DNA of 50,729 nucleotides. It comes from Candidatus Peribacteria bacterium (lineage in GTDB: Bacteria; Patescibacteriota; Gracilibacteria; Peribacterales; Peribacteraceae). Of the stretch, positions 26,993 to 36,566 are shown piece by piece. A program made the position numbers and the translations under genes. Location: positions 1-50,729 of the forward strand of contig CALREJ010000003.1 in NCBI GenBank assembly GCA_943355155.1, written 5' to 3'. Within the stretch, counting starts at the first letter, position 1, and every line of letters begins with the position of its first letter. Under the pieces are notes generated by a model. The model made no database searches. It saw only the letters and a program-made list of their open reading frames with translations, and had not been told where the DNA came from.

Positions 26993-29044
26993 ATGCCAAG
27001 ACCACTCGTCCTCGGAAACGGCACACTCCTCGCAACGTTCGACCAGCACTTGCAGATGCGTGATCTCTACTTTCCGTACGTCGGAATGGAAGATCACACA
27101 ACATACGGCATCGTCCATAAACTTGGAGTCTTTGTCGAAGGCAAAGGATTTTCGTGGGTCAATGATGGCAGCTGGGTGATCAATCTCGCCTACAAACTCG
27201 ATACGCTGGTCGGCAGCTGTACGATGACGAACGAAAAACTGGGAATCAGCATGGTGATGGAAGACTGCGTCCATCCTGTGCATAACATTCTCCTTCGTCG
27301 CTGTCTCATTCGCTCACTCGACGGACAGGAAAAGATCGTGAAAATTTTCTATCACCACGATTTTCATATCTACGGCGACAACCAAAAAGACACAGCGTTC
27401 TATGAACCCTACACGAACTCGATTATCCATTTCCGTCAGACACGCTACTTCCTCATCGGCGGACAAACGGATAATCCACAGGAATGTTTCATCGGCCACA
27501 GCGGCGGTGAATACGATTCCGTACTCCACAGCAGAAAACTCGTCAGCACCTGCGGCATCTCTTCTTTTACCGTCGGCAAAGCCAATTACAACGGCTTCAT
27601 CGGCACGTGGAAAGATGCAGAAGACGGAACGCTGAGCAAGAATACAATCGAACAGGGATCTGTAGATTCGACCGTCGCGATTCATGCGATCGTGCAGAAA
27701 GATAAAGAAACCGAAATCATCATGTGGCTCTGTGCAGGACAAACCCTCGACGAAGTGGTGCAGATGCAGCAGCTGATTTTGTCAGAAAGTCCGGGACGAC
27801 TTCTCCACAACACCGCAAATTATTGGAAGAGCTGGGTCGTGAAAGCGAATGCAGATTTTGGATCACTGTCACCGGAAGCAGTCGAACTCTACAAGCGAAG
27901 TCTGATGATGATTCGCGTCCATGCCGATAATCACGGAGGGATCCTCGCCGCAGCGGATAGCGACATCATGATGTTCAACCGCGATACCTACACGTATGTA
28001 TGGCCCCGAGACGGCGCATTTGTGTCCCTCGCACTCGACCAAGCGGGATACAGTGAAGTCTCGAGACGATTTTTTGAATTCTGTTGCAGGGTACAGACTC
28101 CCGATGGCTACTTGCTCCATAAATATAATCCGGACGGTTCTGTGGGGTCTTCGTGGCACCCGTGGTTTCGGGAAGGTGAATCGCAACTTCCCATTCAGGA
28201 AGATGAAACCGCACTCGTGCTCTACGCCCTCGCGAAGCACTTTGAACAGACACAGGACTTTGAATTTTTGCAGCAGATGTACGAGAAATTTATACGGAAT
28301 GCCGCGCAATTTCTCTGCGAATTCCGTGAAGAGGAAACCGGACTCCCCCTCCCCAGTTACGACCTCTGGGAAGAGCACCGTGGGATCTTCAGTTACACCG
28401 TCGCAACCGTCATCGCGGGGCTGCAGGCCGCCGCGTACATGTCACAAATGCTCGGTCACGTCACGCATTCCGAACGCTACCATCACGTCGCAGATGAGAT
28501 GAAACAGGCTTTAATCTTCCACATGTTCGACGAAAAAGAGCAGAGATTCATGAAGAAAATCAAACGTAAAAACGGGGAAACAGTTGAGCGCGACACCACG
28601 CCCGACGCGAGCCTTTCGATCATCTGGAAACTGGGCGTATTGCCACCGGACGATCCACGCATCATCTCCACCATGACACAGCTCCAAGAAAAACTCGCGG
28701 TGAAAACATCCGTCGGAGGACTCGCTCGCTTCACAATCGATAATTACCACGCAGTCACAACACCAAACGCCGACATCCCCGGAAACCCGTGGATCATCAC
28801 GACACTCTGGAGTGCGCAGTGGGAAATCGCCCGCGCAAAAACGCTTGCTGACCTCGACAAAGGCAAAGCCATCATCGACTGGGCCCGCAGATTCGCAACA
28901 CCGACAGGAATCCTCCCCGAACAAATGCATCCCTTCACAGGAGCTCCCCTCTCTGTCGCCCCGCTCACATGGAGCCACGCGACGTATGTGGAGACGGTTC
29001 TTGCGTTTGCGAAGAAGGAGAAGGAGTTGAAGAAGGGGGTTTAG
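26993..29044 (+). CDS. Glycoside hydrolase family 15 (glucoamylase-like)
   Basis: YTYVWPRDG, QEDET, DLWEE, LPEQ and PLTWSHA. Confidence 0.95.
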   Translation: MPRPLVLGNGTLLATFDQHLQMRDLYFPYVGMEDHTTYGIVHKLGVFVEGKGFSWVNDGSWVINLAYKLDTLVGSCTMTNEKLGISMVMEDCVHPVHNILLRRCLIRSLDGQEKIVKIFYHHDFHIYGDNQKDTAFYEPYTNSIIHFRQTRYFLIGGQTDNPQECFIGHSGGEYDSVLHSRKLVSTCGISSFTVGKANYNGFIGTWKDAEDGTLSKNTIEQGSVDSTVAIHAIVQKDKETEIIMWLCAGQTLDEVVQMQQLILSESPGRLLHNTANYWKSWVVKANADFGSLSPEAVELYKRSLMMIRVHADNHGGILAAADSDIMMFNRDTYTYVWPRDGAFVSLALDQAGYSEVSRRFFEFCCRVQTPDGYLLHKYNPDGSVGSSWHPWFREGESQLPIQEDETALVLYALAKHFEQTQDFEFLQQMYEKFIRNAAQFLCEFREEETGLPLPSYDLWEEHRGIFSYTVATVIAGLQAAAYMSQMLGHVTHSERYHHVADEMKQALIFHMFDEKEQRFMKKIKRKNGETVERDTTPDASLSIIWKLGVLPPDDPRIISTMTQLQEKLAVKTSVGGLARFTIDNYHAVTTPNADIPGNPWIITTLWSAQWEIARAKTLADLDKGKAIIDWARRFATPTGILPEQMHPFTGAPLSVAPLTWSHATYVETVLAFAKKEKELKKGV

Positions 29045-29083
29045 GAATTAGGAGACTAGGTTTCTAGCTTCTAGAAGGAATTT

Positions 29084-29455
29084 TTAAGCTTTGCCACGCA
29101 ATTCGTAGATCATTTTATTCAACATTTTCATTGTTTCGAGGAGAAGTCGATCAACTATTGCATAGTCCAATAGTGCAGTTTTTAAAAGCATCTTTGAAAG
29201 GGAAATCTGCGTTTCGAGCTCAGCACCGGAAGCATATGCAATCAGTAAAAAATGTCTAAATTCTTTTCGTGTACCTCTGTGTCTGCCCTCTGCGATATTA
29301 GAAGCGATCGATACTGCCGACCTTTGCATTTGAGAAATCAATCCGAATTGTTCAGTCGACGGAAAATTTTCTGTGAGCGAATACACAGCAGCTGTCAGCT
29401 GCATCGCTCGTTGCCACACAATCAAATCTTTATAGGAACGGATAACAGAATTCAT
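29084..29455 (-). CDS. Four-helix-bundle protein (23S rRNA IVP family)
   Basis: SYKDLIVWQRAM, FP..E.FGL.SQ..RSAVSIASNIAEG and S..ELETQ; flanked by TAG-containing heptamer tracts. Confidence 0.95.
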   Translation of the reverse strand: MNSVIRSYKDLIVWQRAMQLTAAVYSLTENFPSTEQFGLISQMQRSAVSIASNIAEGRHRGTRKEFRHFLLIAYASGAELETQISLSKMLLKTALLDYAIVDRLLLETMKMLNKMIYELRGKA

Positions 29456-29645
29456 ACAAAAAATATACTGTATTATGAAATGCTGCGAATAATAAAAAAT
29501 GCTGTGTACCTTTATTTTGTTTACTAGAAAAGAAAAAAACAGTTCTGCGCATGGTAAGAACGTTCAAAAAAAAATTCCATTTAGAAGCTAGAAAGCTAGC
29601 CCTCCTAGTTCCTATCTCTTCTTTGTCATGCTATCATCATCCCCG

Positions 29646-30557
29646 ATGATCCTCCGCAAAAAATCATTTCTGTTTTCCCTCGGACTCGCGCTCACACTCA
29701 GTGCTGTCCCAGCTTTTGCGGAAGAGACGGGCTCCGGCGCATCAGCAAGCGGAACAGAGGTGATTGATGTGAGTGTCGCATTACCACAAAAACTTTCTGC
29801 GCTGCACACGGCATTAAACGAACGCATCCCCGAAACACGGATCGATGTATTGCTCCCCGCACCAAAAATCGCAGGATGGCAGTCGGAAATTGCGCGCAAC
29901 GTCGAAAAATCACGGACGGACAGAGCCTATTGCCGCGATGCAATTCGCCAAGCAAACCGCGACACGCTGATTGACAGAGCATCGACCTGCATGCGCGCGG
30001 ATTTGATGCAGGAAATTTCATTCCTCCGAAAGCAAAGTTCGTACGTGGCTACTCTCCCCTTCCTCGATGCAACACTTCTCGCCGATGCCAAGGCACGGAT
30101 CAGTACACTCATCGACGCGGACATGACTGTCGTCGGTGCAATCGACGCGGGGCTCTATTTGCAAACAGATCAACTGCTCGATGCGAAGAAGAAGCTCACC
30201 GATCAGTACCGTCTTCCCTACTGGAACGCGATGATCAAAGTGCGCGCAGACAGACAGCTCGTGTGGGTAGGACTGATGGTCAGGAGGCTTGATGAGGTTT
30301 TGAAAGAGGGTAATAACACCGATGCGATCCTAGACATGATGTACCAAGGGGCTGTTTGCCTCGATGAATCACGCCTAAAGGAGCAGGCAATTCTCAATTC
30401 ATCTGACTTAGAAAGTGCTGTAAAACTGCTTCCAGAAGAGCAAAAGTTACTGAAGGCTTGTCGGGAAACTATGTGGAATGTCGGGCACCTGAAGCTACGG
30501 CAATTTGAAAGTGAAAAGGCGGCAGAGGCAAGTAAAAACGCGAAGGGTACAAAGTAG
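29646..30557 (+). CDS. Secreted alpha-helical hypothetical protein
   Basis: Signal peptide ending AFA-EE and paired Cys. Start moved to ATG 29646. Confidence 0.75.
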   Translation: MILRKKSFLFSLGLALTLSAVPAFAEETGSGASASGTEVIDVSVALPQKLSALHTALNERIPETRIDVLLPAPKIAGWQSEIARNVEKSRTDRAYCRDAIRQANRDTLIDRASTCMRADLMQEISFLRKQSSYVATLPFLDATLLADAKARISTLIDADMTVVGAIDAGLYLQTDQLLDAKKKLTDQYRLPYWNAMIKVRADRQLVWVGLMVRRLDEVLKEGNNTDAILDMMYQGAVCLDESRLKEQAILNSSDLESAVKLLPEEQKLLKACRETMWNVGHLKLRQFESEKAAEASKNAKGTK

Positions 30558-30654
30558 TAAACGCCTGAATGGATGAAAATATGTATATTGTAAAACATAT
30601 TTATTTGAATACAACTACCGGAGGGCAGGCAGGAGTCATAAGCTCGGCAGTCCG

Positions 30655-31353
30655 ATGCAAAAGCGAAACCTCCGCCACCGCGTAGAATACACGAAAAACA
30701 AGCATTCGCGTGCAGTGTGCAAAGAAAACACGATCATCATCCGGCTTGCAAGAAATCTTTCCAAAACCGAAGAACAAGATCACATCCAGTCTCTGCTTCG
30801 TCGCATGACACATCTTGTTCTGCAAGAGAATCAAAAGGAAGAAATCGATCCGTTCCGATATCTTCTAGGTGGCGGCGATTCACAAACCGTCACACTCGCA
30901 TCGGGACGAAAATATATTCTCAGTCTGAAACCGGGACTCAGGACAAAGGCAGAGATGACACTGCGCGGATGGAATATCACGGTGAGCCCCCAGGTCCGTC
31001 GCGCAAGACTCCATCGGTTTTTCTGGTCACTCATTTCCAAAAGTGAACTGCGTCGTGTGACGCAGCTCGTGCATGCAATCAATATGGAAACATACCAAGC
31101 GCACATTCGTGAAGTTCGCCTCTCGTTTGCCACCACACAATGGGGAAGCTGCTCACCAAAAGGCGTAATCATGATCAATACCGCACTCCTCTTTCTGCCT
31201 CCGAGACTGCTCCGATACGTCATCGTCCACGAGCTCGCTCATCGCAGACACGCGAATCACTCCGCAACCTATTGGCGAGAAGTTGAGCGCATGATGCCGA
31301 ATTACAGAAAGCCGTATATGGAGTTGCAGGGGTATCGGTTGCCGCAGATATAA
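30655..31353 (+). CDS. YgjP/DUF45-like metallohydrolase
   Basis: QWGSCS and YVIVHELAH...NHS..YW. Confidence 0.9.
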   Translation: MQKRNLRHRVEYTKNKHSRAVCKENTIIIRLARNLSKTEEQDHIQSLLRRMTHLVLQENQKEEIDPFRYLLGGGDSQTVTLASGRKYILSLKPGLRTKAEMTLRGWNITVSPQVRRARLHRFFWSLISKSELRRVTQLVHAINMETYQAHIREVRLSFATTQWGSCSPKGVIMINTALLFLPPRLLRYVIVHELAHRRHANHSATYWREVERMMPNYRKPYMELQGYRLPQI

Positions 31354-31576
31354 AAAAGGGAGGGCGCTGCCGCCACGGGGGGTGGAGGGGTCAGCGGTCG
31401 ATGGGATTGGCGGCGGAGCATTTCTTTGGTTCTTTCTTGTTGCCGTTGACAAGAAAGAACAAGGAGAGGGCATGTGTCATGGATTCGTCGCGGCTCACCA
31501 TGACACGTTTTTTCATTCTTTTTCTTTCGTAAAAAACCGCCCCATCGCTACACTGAAACCTCTTCCCCCCACTCCC

Positions 31577-31714
31577 ATGTTCCACGATGATGACGATGAC
31601 GATGATAAGAAAGCAAAACCTGATCCCGTTGAAGGACCTTCGGGAGGAAGCTACGAACATCCCGATTTGGAAATTCCGGGTGAAGAGCAAGGACCGGGGA
31701 ACGCTCAACAATAA
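31577..31714 (+). CDS. Small acidic peptide (45 aa)
   Basis: MFHDDDDDDDKKAKP...; preceded by TACACT and the same C-rich leader seen before well-supported genes. Confidence 0.5.
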   Translation: MFHDDDDDDDKKAKPDPVEGPSGGSYEHPDLEIPGEEQGPGNAQQ

Positions 31715-31717
31715 AAG

Positions 31718-31793
31718 TGTCACACTGAGTGAAAAACGTGTTCGTCCTTCTATACATCCTGCGGCGGCGGGACACTCAGGATGACACGTTTTT
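31718..31793. repeat. Family-1 palindromic repeat between convergent genes
   Basis: TTCGTCCTTC...CTCAGGATGACA (31741-31786), with an inverted partial arm TGTCACACTGAGTG upstream. Confidence 0.75.
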
Positions 31794-31795
31794 AA

Positions 31796-32371
31796 TCAAA
31801 TCTGAAAACCAGCATTCTTCGCAATCTTGCCAAACAAAAATATCGGCAGTCCCACAACTCCCGTCCAATCCCCTTCTATTTTTTCAATCAGGAGTTGCCC
31901 GAGTCCATCAATTTGAAATCCGCCCGATCTTCCCTGCCACAAATGTGTACTGATCCACCAGTTGATCTGATCTCCCGAGAGTTTCGCAAAGTGCACGTAC
32001 GAGGAATTTGTCGCTTCGTGAAGATCGCCATTCGCATCGATCAGACACAGAGATGAATGGACGATGGAGATACCACCACTCTGTTCCGAGATCATTGACC
32101 GAGCCTCATTAGCATCCTTCGGTTTTTCGAGGAGCGTTCCGCGTGGACTCACAACGAGTGTATCTGCGCCCAGAACAAATCGACCACTGTGCATAGTCGC
32201 AACGTCCTCCGCCTTCAAACGAGCAAGTGTTTGGGAACGAACGAGCGGATCTTTTTCGGGATGAATATCTTCGTCGACGTGACTGGGAATCACTTCAAAA
32301 TTGACTCCAATGCTGCGAAGAAGCTGACTTCGTTGTGGACTGCTGGATGCGAGAATCAATCGATCGATCAT
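31796..32371 (-). CDS. maf: Maf-family nucleotide pyrophosphatase
   Basis: LILASSSPQR, GADTLV, KPKD and VVGLP. Confidence 0.93.
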   Translation of the reverse strand: MIDRLILASSSPQRSQLLRSIGVNFEVIPSHVDEDIHPEKDPLVRSQTLARLKAEDVATMHSGRFVLGADTLVVSPRGTLLEKPKDANEARSMISEQSGGISIVHSSLCLIDANGDLHEATNSSYVHFAKLSGDQINWWISTHLWQGRSGGFQIDGLGQLLIEKIEGDWTGVVGLPIFLFGKIAKNAGFQI

Positions 32372-33327
32372 AATCCAATGGAATGTCGCACCTTCTCCAT
32401 CGTCTTCTTCGCAATCGCCGACGCCTTCTTCGCCCCCTCCGCAAGCACATCATCCACATACTTCACATTCTGTTCGAGCTCACTGCGCTTCGCCCGCATC
32501 GCAGAAAAATAATCCAAATACGTCTCAAGTAACTTCTTCTTCGCATCCCCATAACTGAGTCCATTTTTATATTCCTCCGCGAGTGTTTTCTGAGCTGAAG
32601 CATCGAGGAAAAGTTTATGAATCTGATACACCGTACACGTGTCTGGATCTTTCGCATCCGTCGCACCTTTGCTATCTGTTTTGATACCCATGATCGCGGA
32701 CTTGATCACCTTCTCCTCTGCAAAAAGCGGGATGGTATTGCCGTAACTCTTGCTCATTTTTTGGCCATCTGTACCAGGCACCACCGCGACTGCAGCATTG
32801 ATTTCGGGTTCGGGGAGGATGAATGTGTCTCCGAATGCATTGTTAAACTTGATCGCGATATCACGAGCAATCTCGACATGCTGTTTTTGATCTTTGCCAA
32901 CCGGCACTTTGTCCGCGTGGTAGAGGAGAATATCCGCCGCCATGAGGACTGGGTAGGTGAAGAGTCCAACCGACGACGCAATCCCCTTCTCAACCTTTTC
33001 CTTATAACTCACTGCTCGTTCAAGAAGTCCCATCGGTGTCACAGTCGAAAGGATCCACATGAGCTCTGTGTGCTCCGGAACATCTGATTGATAGAAAACC
33101 ACTGCTTTCGTTGGATCGAGTCCACACGCCAAAATATCAAGCACCGCTTCACGACGATATGTTCGAAGCTGCTCCGCGTCCTGCATCGTAGTGAGCGCAT
33201 GCAAATCAACGACAAAGTAAAAACTTTCCTCTGCTTTTCCGACATATTCGATATTCGGTTTAATAGACCCGAAATAGTTTCCAAGGTGCAATGTGCCCGA
33301 CGGTTGGATTGCAGAAAGAATGCGCAT
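32368..33327 (-). CDS. trpS: Tryptophan--tRNA ligase
   Basis: QPSG.LHLGNY, YPVLMAADIL, VPVGKDQKQH and KMSKS. Start moved to ATG 33327. Confidence 0.98.
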   Translation of the reverse strand: MRILSAIQPSGTLHLGNYFGSIKPNIEYVGKAEESFYFVVDLHALTTMQDAEQLRTYRREAVLDILACGLDPTKAVVFYQSDVPEHTELMWILSTVTPMGLLERAVSYKEKVEKGIASSVGLFTYPVLMAADILLYHADKVPVGKDQKQHVEIARDIAIKFNNAFGDTFILPEPEINAAVAVVPGTDGQKMSKSYGNTIPLFAEEKVIKSAIMGIKTDSKGATDAKDPDTCTVYQIHKLFLDASAQKTLAEEYKNGLSYGDAKKKLLETYLDYFSAMRAKRSELEQNVKYVDDVLAEGAKKASAIAKKTMEKVRHSIGL

Positions 33328-33346
33328 GAGCGAAGTGTAGCACTTT

Positions 33347-34006
33347 TTATTTCCCTCCACGTAACTCCCTCAATACCTTTTGAAAACTAGGTGGAAGTGG
33401 TGCTTCGATGTGCAGTTTTTCACCGGTCACAGGATGCGTGAAGTCGAGGGAATACGCATGTAGAAAAAAACGGTGATAGTGGAAATGCTTGCGGAAGGAC
33501 TTGTCGGCTTTTTCGTCTCCGTAGAGTGGATCCATGAGGAGCGGATGCCCGATGAATTTCATGTGCTGACGGATCTGATGCTTGCGCCCTGTTTCGATCT
33601 CGACCTCCACGTACGTCGCCGTCGGAAATGCATCGAGCACTTTGAAATGCGACACCGCAGGAACCAATTCTTTTTTTGTGCGAGCAGGAAGCGCACGTTC
33701 GATGGTCCCAAACTTTCGCGACAAATGTCCCGCGACCAGCGCGTGGTACCGCTTGATCCAACCCTTAAATGCCTTCTCACGGATCTTCCTCACAGCCTCC
33801 GCCGTCTTTCCAAACACAATCACCCCTGACGTCCCAAAGTCGAGACGATGCACAACGCGCAGCCCCGGATAATCTTTTTTCAAAAAATCAAACAGCGGCA
33901 TCTTCCCAAATCCTCCTGCCGTCACCACCAGTTCCCCCTCGAGCTTATTCACCACAAGCAAATGAGGGTCGTTGAAGAGGATTCGGTCGGCGCGGATACT
34001 GGGCAT
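33347..34006 (-). CDS. RluA-family pseudouridine synthase
   Basis: VHRLDFGTSG and TGRKHQIR.H. Confidence 0.95.
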   Translation of the reverse strand: MPSIRADRILFNDPHLLVVNKLEGELVVTAGGFGKMPLFDFLKKDYPGLRVVHRLDFGTSGVIVFGKTAEAVRKIREKAFKGWIKRYHALVAGHLSRKFGTIERALPARTKKELVPAVSHFKVLDAFPTATYVEVEIETGRKHQIRQHMKFIGHPLLMDPLYGDEKADKSFRKHFHYHRFFLHAYSLDFTHPVTGEKLHIEAPLPPSFQKVLRELRGGK

Positions 34007-34037
34007 AAAGGCAGAATACAGGAAAAATGAAGAATCC

Positions 34038-34265
34038 TTACATCATTTCTTCCAAATCCTCAACAGTGAGATCAAGATCGTTCAAGATACTTCTTAGCAA
34101 ACCTTTGCCAAGATCTTCATTGCCATGCAAGGGCACAGCCGTTCCACAGCGACCATCTATACTCTCCACAAAAACATGGCTGCCTTTCTTTCGGAGCGCA
34201 TAAAATCCATTCTTCAAAAGAATCTTCAGTAGCTTCTTTCCAGAGAGAACGCGAAGAGTACCCAT
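34038..34265 (-). CDS. hicA: HicA-family toxin
   Basis: KGSH, VPLHG and GLLRSIL. Start moved to ATG 34265. Confidence 0.9.
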   Translation of the reverse strand: MGTLRVLSGKKLLKILLKNGFYALRKKGSHVFVESIDGRCGTAVPLHGNEDLGKGLLRSILNDLDLTVEDLEEMM

Positions 34266-34269
34266 ATGC

Positions 34270-34494
34270 TCACACCTTGAGTGCAATTTCCCGAACTTCT
34301 ACAAATTTATCCTGAGGGATTTTTTGCTTCTTCGACTGTTCAACTTCAACACAGAGTGCAATCACCTCTTGCAGACGCTTGTTGAGAACTTTCAATGACT
34401 TCGCCTGTGTGTGGCATCCGCGAAGTGTCGGCACATGTGCAATAAACATGCCATCTTTATCCTGTGTGATGATAACGGAGAAGTGATAAGTCAT
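34270..34494 (-). CDS. hicB: HicB-family antitoxin (short form, upstream of hicA)
   Basis: AHVPTLRGCHTQAKSL. Start moved to ATG 34494. Confidence 0.9.
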   Translation of the reverse strand: MTYHFSVIITQDKDGMFIAHVPTLRGCHTQAKSLKVLNKRLQEVIALCVEVEQSKKQKIPQDKFVEVREIALKV

Positions 34495-34528
34495 ACCTAC
34501 AGTATACACGATAAGTTGATTGGAAGCA

Positions 34529-34557
34529 TTGCCGCAACTTGCTCTCTTCTTTACACT
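34529..34557 (+). promoter_or_regulatory. Sigma70-type promoter of tRNA-Val
   Basis: TTGCCG-17 bp-TACACT, 11 nt before the tRNA. Confidence 0.6.
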
Positions 34558-34568
34558 ACTGACTCTCT

Positions 34569-34645
34569 GGACGATTAGCTCAGTTGGTTAGAGCGTTCGA
34601 TTCACATTCGAAAGGTCCCCAGTTCGAATCTGGGATCGTCCACCA
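34569..34645 (+). tRNA. tRNA-Val (anticodon CAC)
   Basis: Acceptor stem GGACGAT/ATCGTCC, anticodon arm TTCGA-TTCACAT-TCGAA, T-loop GTTCGAATC, encoded CCA. Confidence 0.97.
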
Positions 34646-34673
34646 CGTCGTTCGCGAACGACGTGGTCCACCA

Positions 34674-34701
34674 TTCGTCCTTCGACAGGCTCAGGATGAC
34701 A
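34674..34701 (+). repeat. Family-1 palindromic repeat (minimal form)
   Basis: TTCGTCCTTCGACAGGCTCAGGATGACA. Confidence 0.8.
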
Positions 34702-34721
34702 TCCGCTCATTGTAACACCCA

Positions 34722-36500
34722 TCACTCCTGAATAAACCCACTCACTTGGCTTTGCCACAGTTTTGCATACGTACCACCACGCGCGAGGAGTTCTGCGTGT
34801 GTGCCGTCTTCTACTATCTGCCCGCTTTCGAGGACGATCAGTCTATCCATTGCCTGAAGAGTGGAGAGACGATGCGCGACTGCGAGGACTGTTTTTCCTT
34901 TCATCAGCTCTGCGAGGGCTTTCTGGATTTCTGATTCACTGTCGGTGTCGAGCGAACTGGTTGCTTCGTCGAGGACGAGGATCTGTGCGTTTTTCAGGAT
35001 CGCACGTGCAATCGCAACGCGCTGGCGCTGACCGCCGGAGAGCTTCACTCCCCGCTCACCCACAAACGTCGCATAGCCTTTCGGGAGATCTTCGATAAAT
35101 GCGTGTGCCTGCGCGAGCTCTGCTGCGTGCATGATCTCTTCATCTGTTGCGCCAAGTTTTCCATACCCGATGTTATCGCGGATGGTGCGGTGGAAGAGAG
35201 TGATGTCCTGCGGAACCATGGCGATGTTCTGGAGCAGACTGTGCTGTTGGACGAGTCGAATGTCCTGATCATCAACGAGGATCGATCCTTCCTGCACATC
35301 GTATTGCCGCAGGAGCAGCGCCGTGAGCGTAGTTTTTCCCGCACCACTCGCGCCGACGAGCCCCACTTTCTGTCCGCTTGGAATATCGAGACTGAGCTCA
35401 GTAAACACTGGTTTTCGTCCGTAGCTAAAGGCGATATTTTGAAATGCGATGTGGCCTCCTGCGGGTACCAGTTTCTTTGCAAGCGGAGCGTCCACAATCT
35501 GATGCGGCTGGAGTAATTCTTTGAGTCCTTCATTGATCTGGCTGTAGCGATCGATGAAATCTGTCATTTTGTGACCGATAAAAAACATCGCGCGCATAAT
35601 GCCGATGACGATCGTCGTGATCATGACAACCGTACCGACGGTGATCGATCCTTTTTGCAGTAACGAGAGTGACATTGCAAACATCCCCGCAATAAAAATA
35701 GTAACGAGTCCGCCGTTCATGAAAAGAATCCACTCCGATAGCCACCAGTTATGCATATCCGCACGACGATGGGTCTCAATGAAACTGTCGAGGTAGTCCC
35801 GCTCGTACGCGTGATGTCCGTACTGATGCACCGCGGAAATGTTGCTCGTCGCATCGACCATTTTTCCTTTGAGAATAGACGCATATTCGGCAACGGCATA
35901 CGCATGTCTCTGCTTTCGGAGCACGAGCCACGTATTGAGCGAAAGGAAAAAGACAGTCCATACACCGAGAATCAACCCCAGCCGCACATCCGCCCACATC
36001 GCGAGCCCAAAGCTCCACGTGAAATTCACCGCAAGTGGGAGGAATTCCCACGTGACCGCAGAGAGGATGTCCCCTGTCCCCGAAGACGCATTACCGATTT
36101 TATTCGTGAGTGCGCCGGCAAAACGTTCATTGAAATACGTGCTGCTGTGGCCGGTGAGATACGCGAAAAGTTCTCTGTTCACCGTCGCGCGCGCACCGGT
36201 CATCCACCGCATTCCGCAAAAACCGCTACACCGCCAAATACTCTCGTCGATAAAAAAAGTAATCGGATACGCCATCCCCCACATCCACATCATCGCCGTA
36301 TTACTAAATCCATCCGTCACCGCCGCCTGCGCCGCATCGACAAGATATTTCAGCTCCAGCGTCAACACACTCCCCAGTGATTCCGCCACAAACACAGCAC
36401 ACAGCGCACCCACCGCCCACTTTTTATGCATGGCACTGATGTACCACACGAACGCGAGTGGTGTTTTTGGAAGCCGCTGCATCGAAACAGAATTTCGCAT
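34722..36500 (-). CDS. ABC transporter, fused permease/ATP-binding (exporter type)
   Basis: About six TM helices, then GASGAGKT, LSGGQRQR and LDEATS. Confidence 0.95.
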   Translation of the reverse strand: MRNSVSMQRLPKTPLAFVWYISAMHKKWAVGALCAVFVAESLGSVLTLELKYLVDAAQAAVTDGFSNTAMMWMWGMAYPITFFIDESIWRCSGFCGMRWMTGARATVNRELFAYLTGHSSTYFNERFAGALTNKIGNASSGTGDILSAVTWEFLPLAVNFTWSFGLAMWADVRLGLILGVWTVFFLSLNTWLVLRKQRHAYAVAEYASILKGKMVDATSNISAVHQYGHHAYERDYLDSFIETHRRADMHNWWLSEWILFMNGGLVTIFIAGMFAMSLSLLQKGSITVGTVVMITTIVIGIMRAMFFIGHKMTDFIDRYSQINEGLKELLQPHQIVDAPLAKKLVPAGGHIAFQNIAFSYGRKPVFTELSLDIPSGQKVGLVGASGAGKTTLTALLLRQYDVQEGSILVDDQDIRLVQQHSLLQNIAMVPQDITLFHRTIRDNIGYGKLGATDEEIMHAAELAQAHAFIEDLPKGYATFVGERGVKLSGGQRQRVAIARAILKNAQILVLDEATSSLDTDSESEIQKALAELMKGKTVLAVAHRLSTLQAMDRLIVLESGQIVEDGTHAELLARGGTYAKLWQSQVSGFIQE

Positions 36501-36566
36501 GAAAGCGCACTATACAGAGGCCTTTGGCTCTTAGAAAAGGAAAAGTCGATTATTTTCTGTCTCTCC

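Noticed and set aside
29084-29455. Diversity-generating retroelement (Avd-like gene)
   Set aside because: No reverse transcriptase in the window and no TR/VR pair with adenine-specific mismatches noticed.
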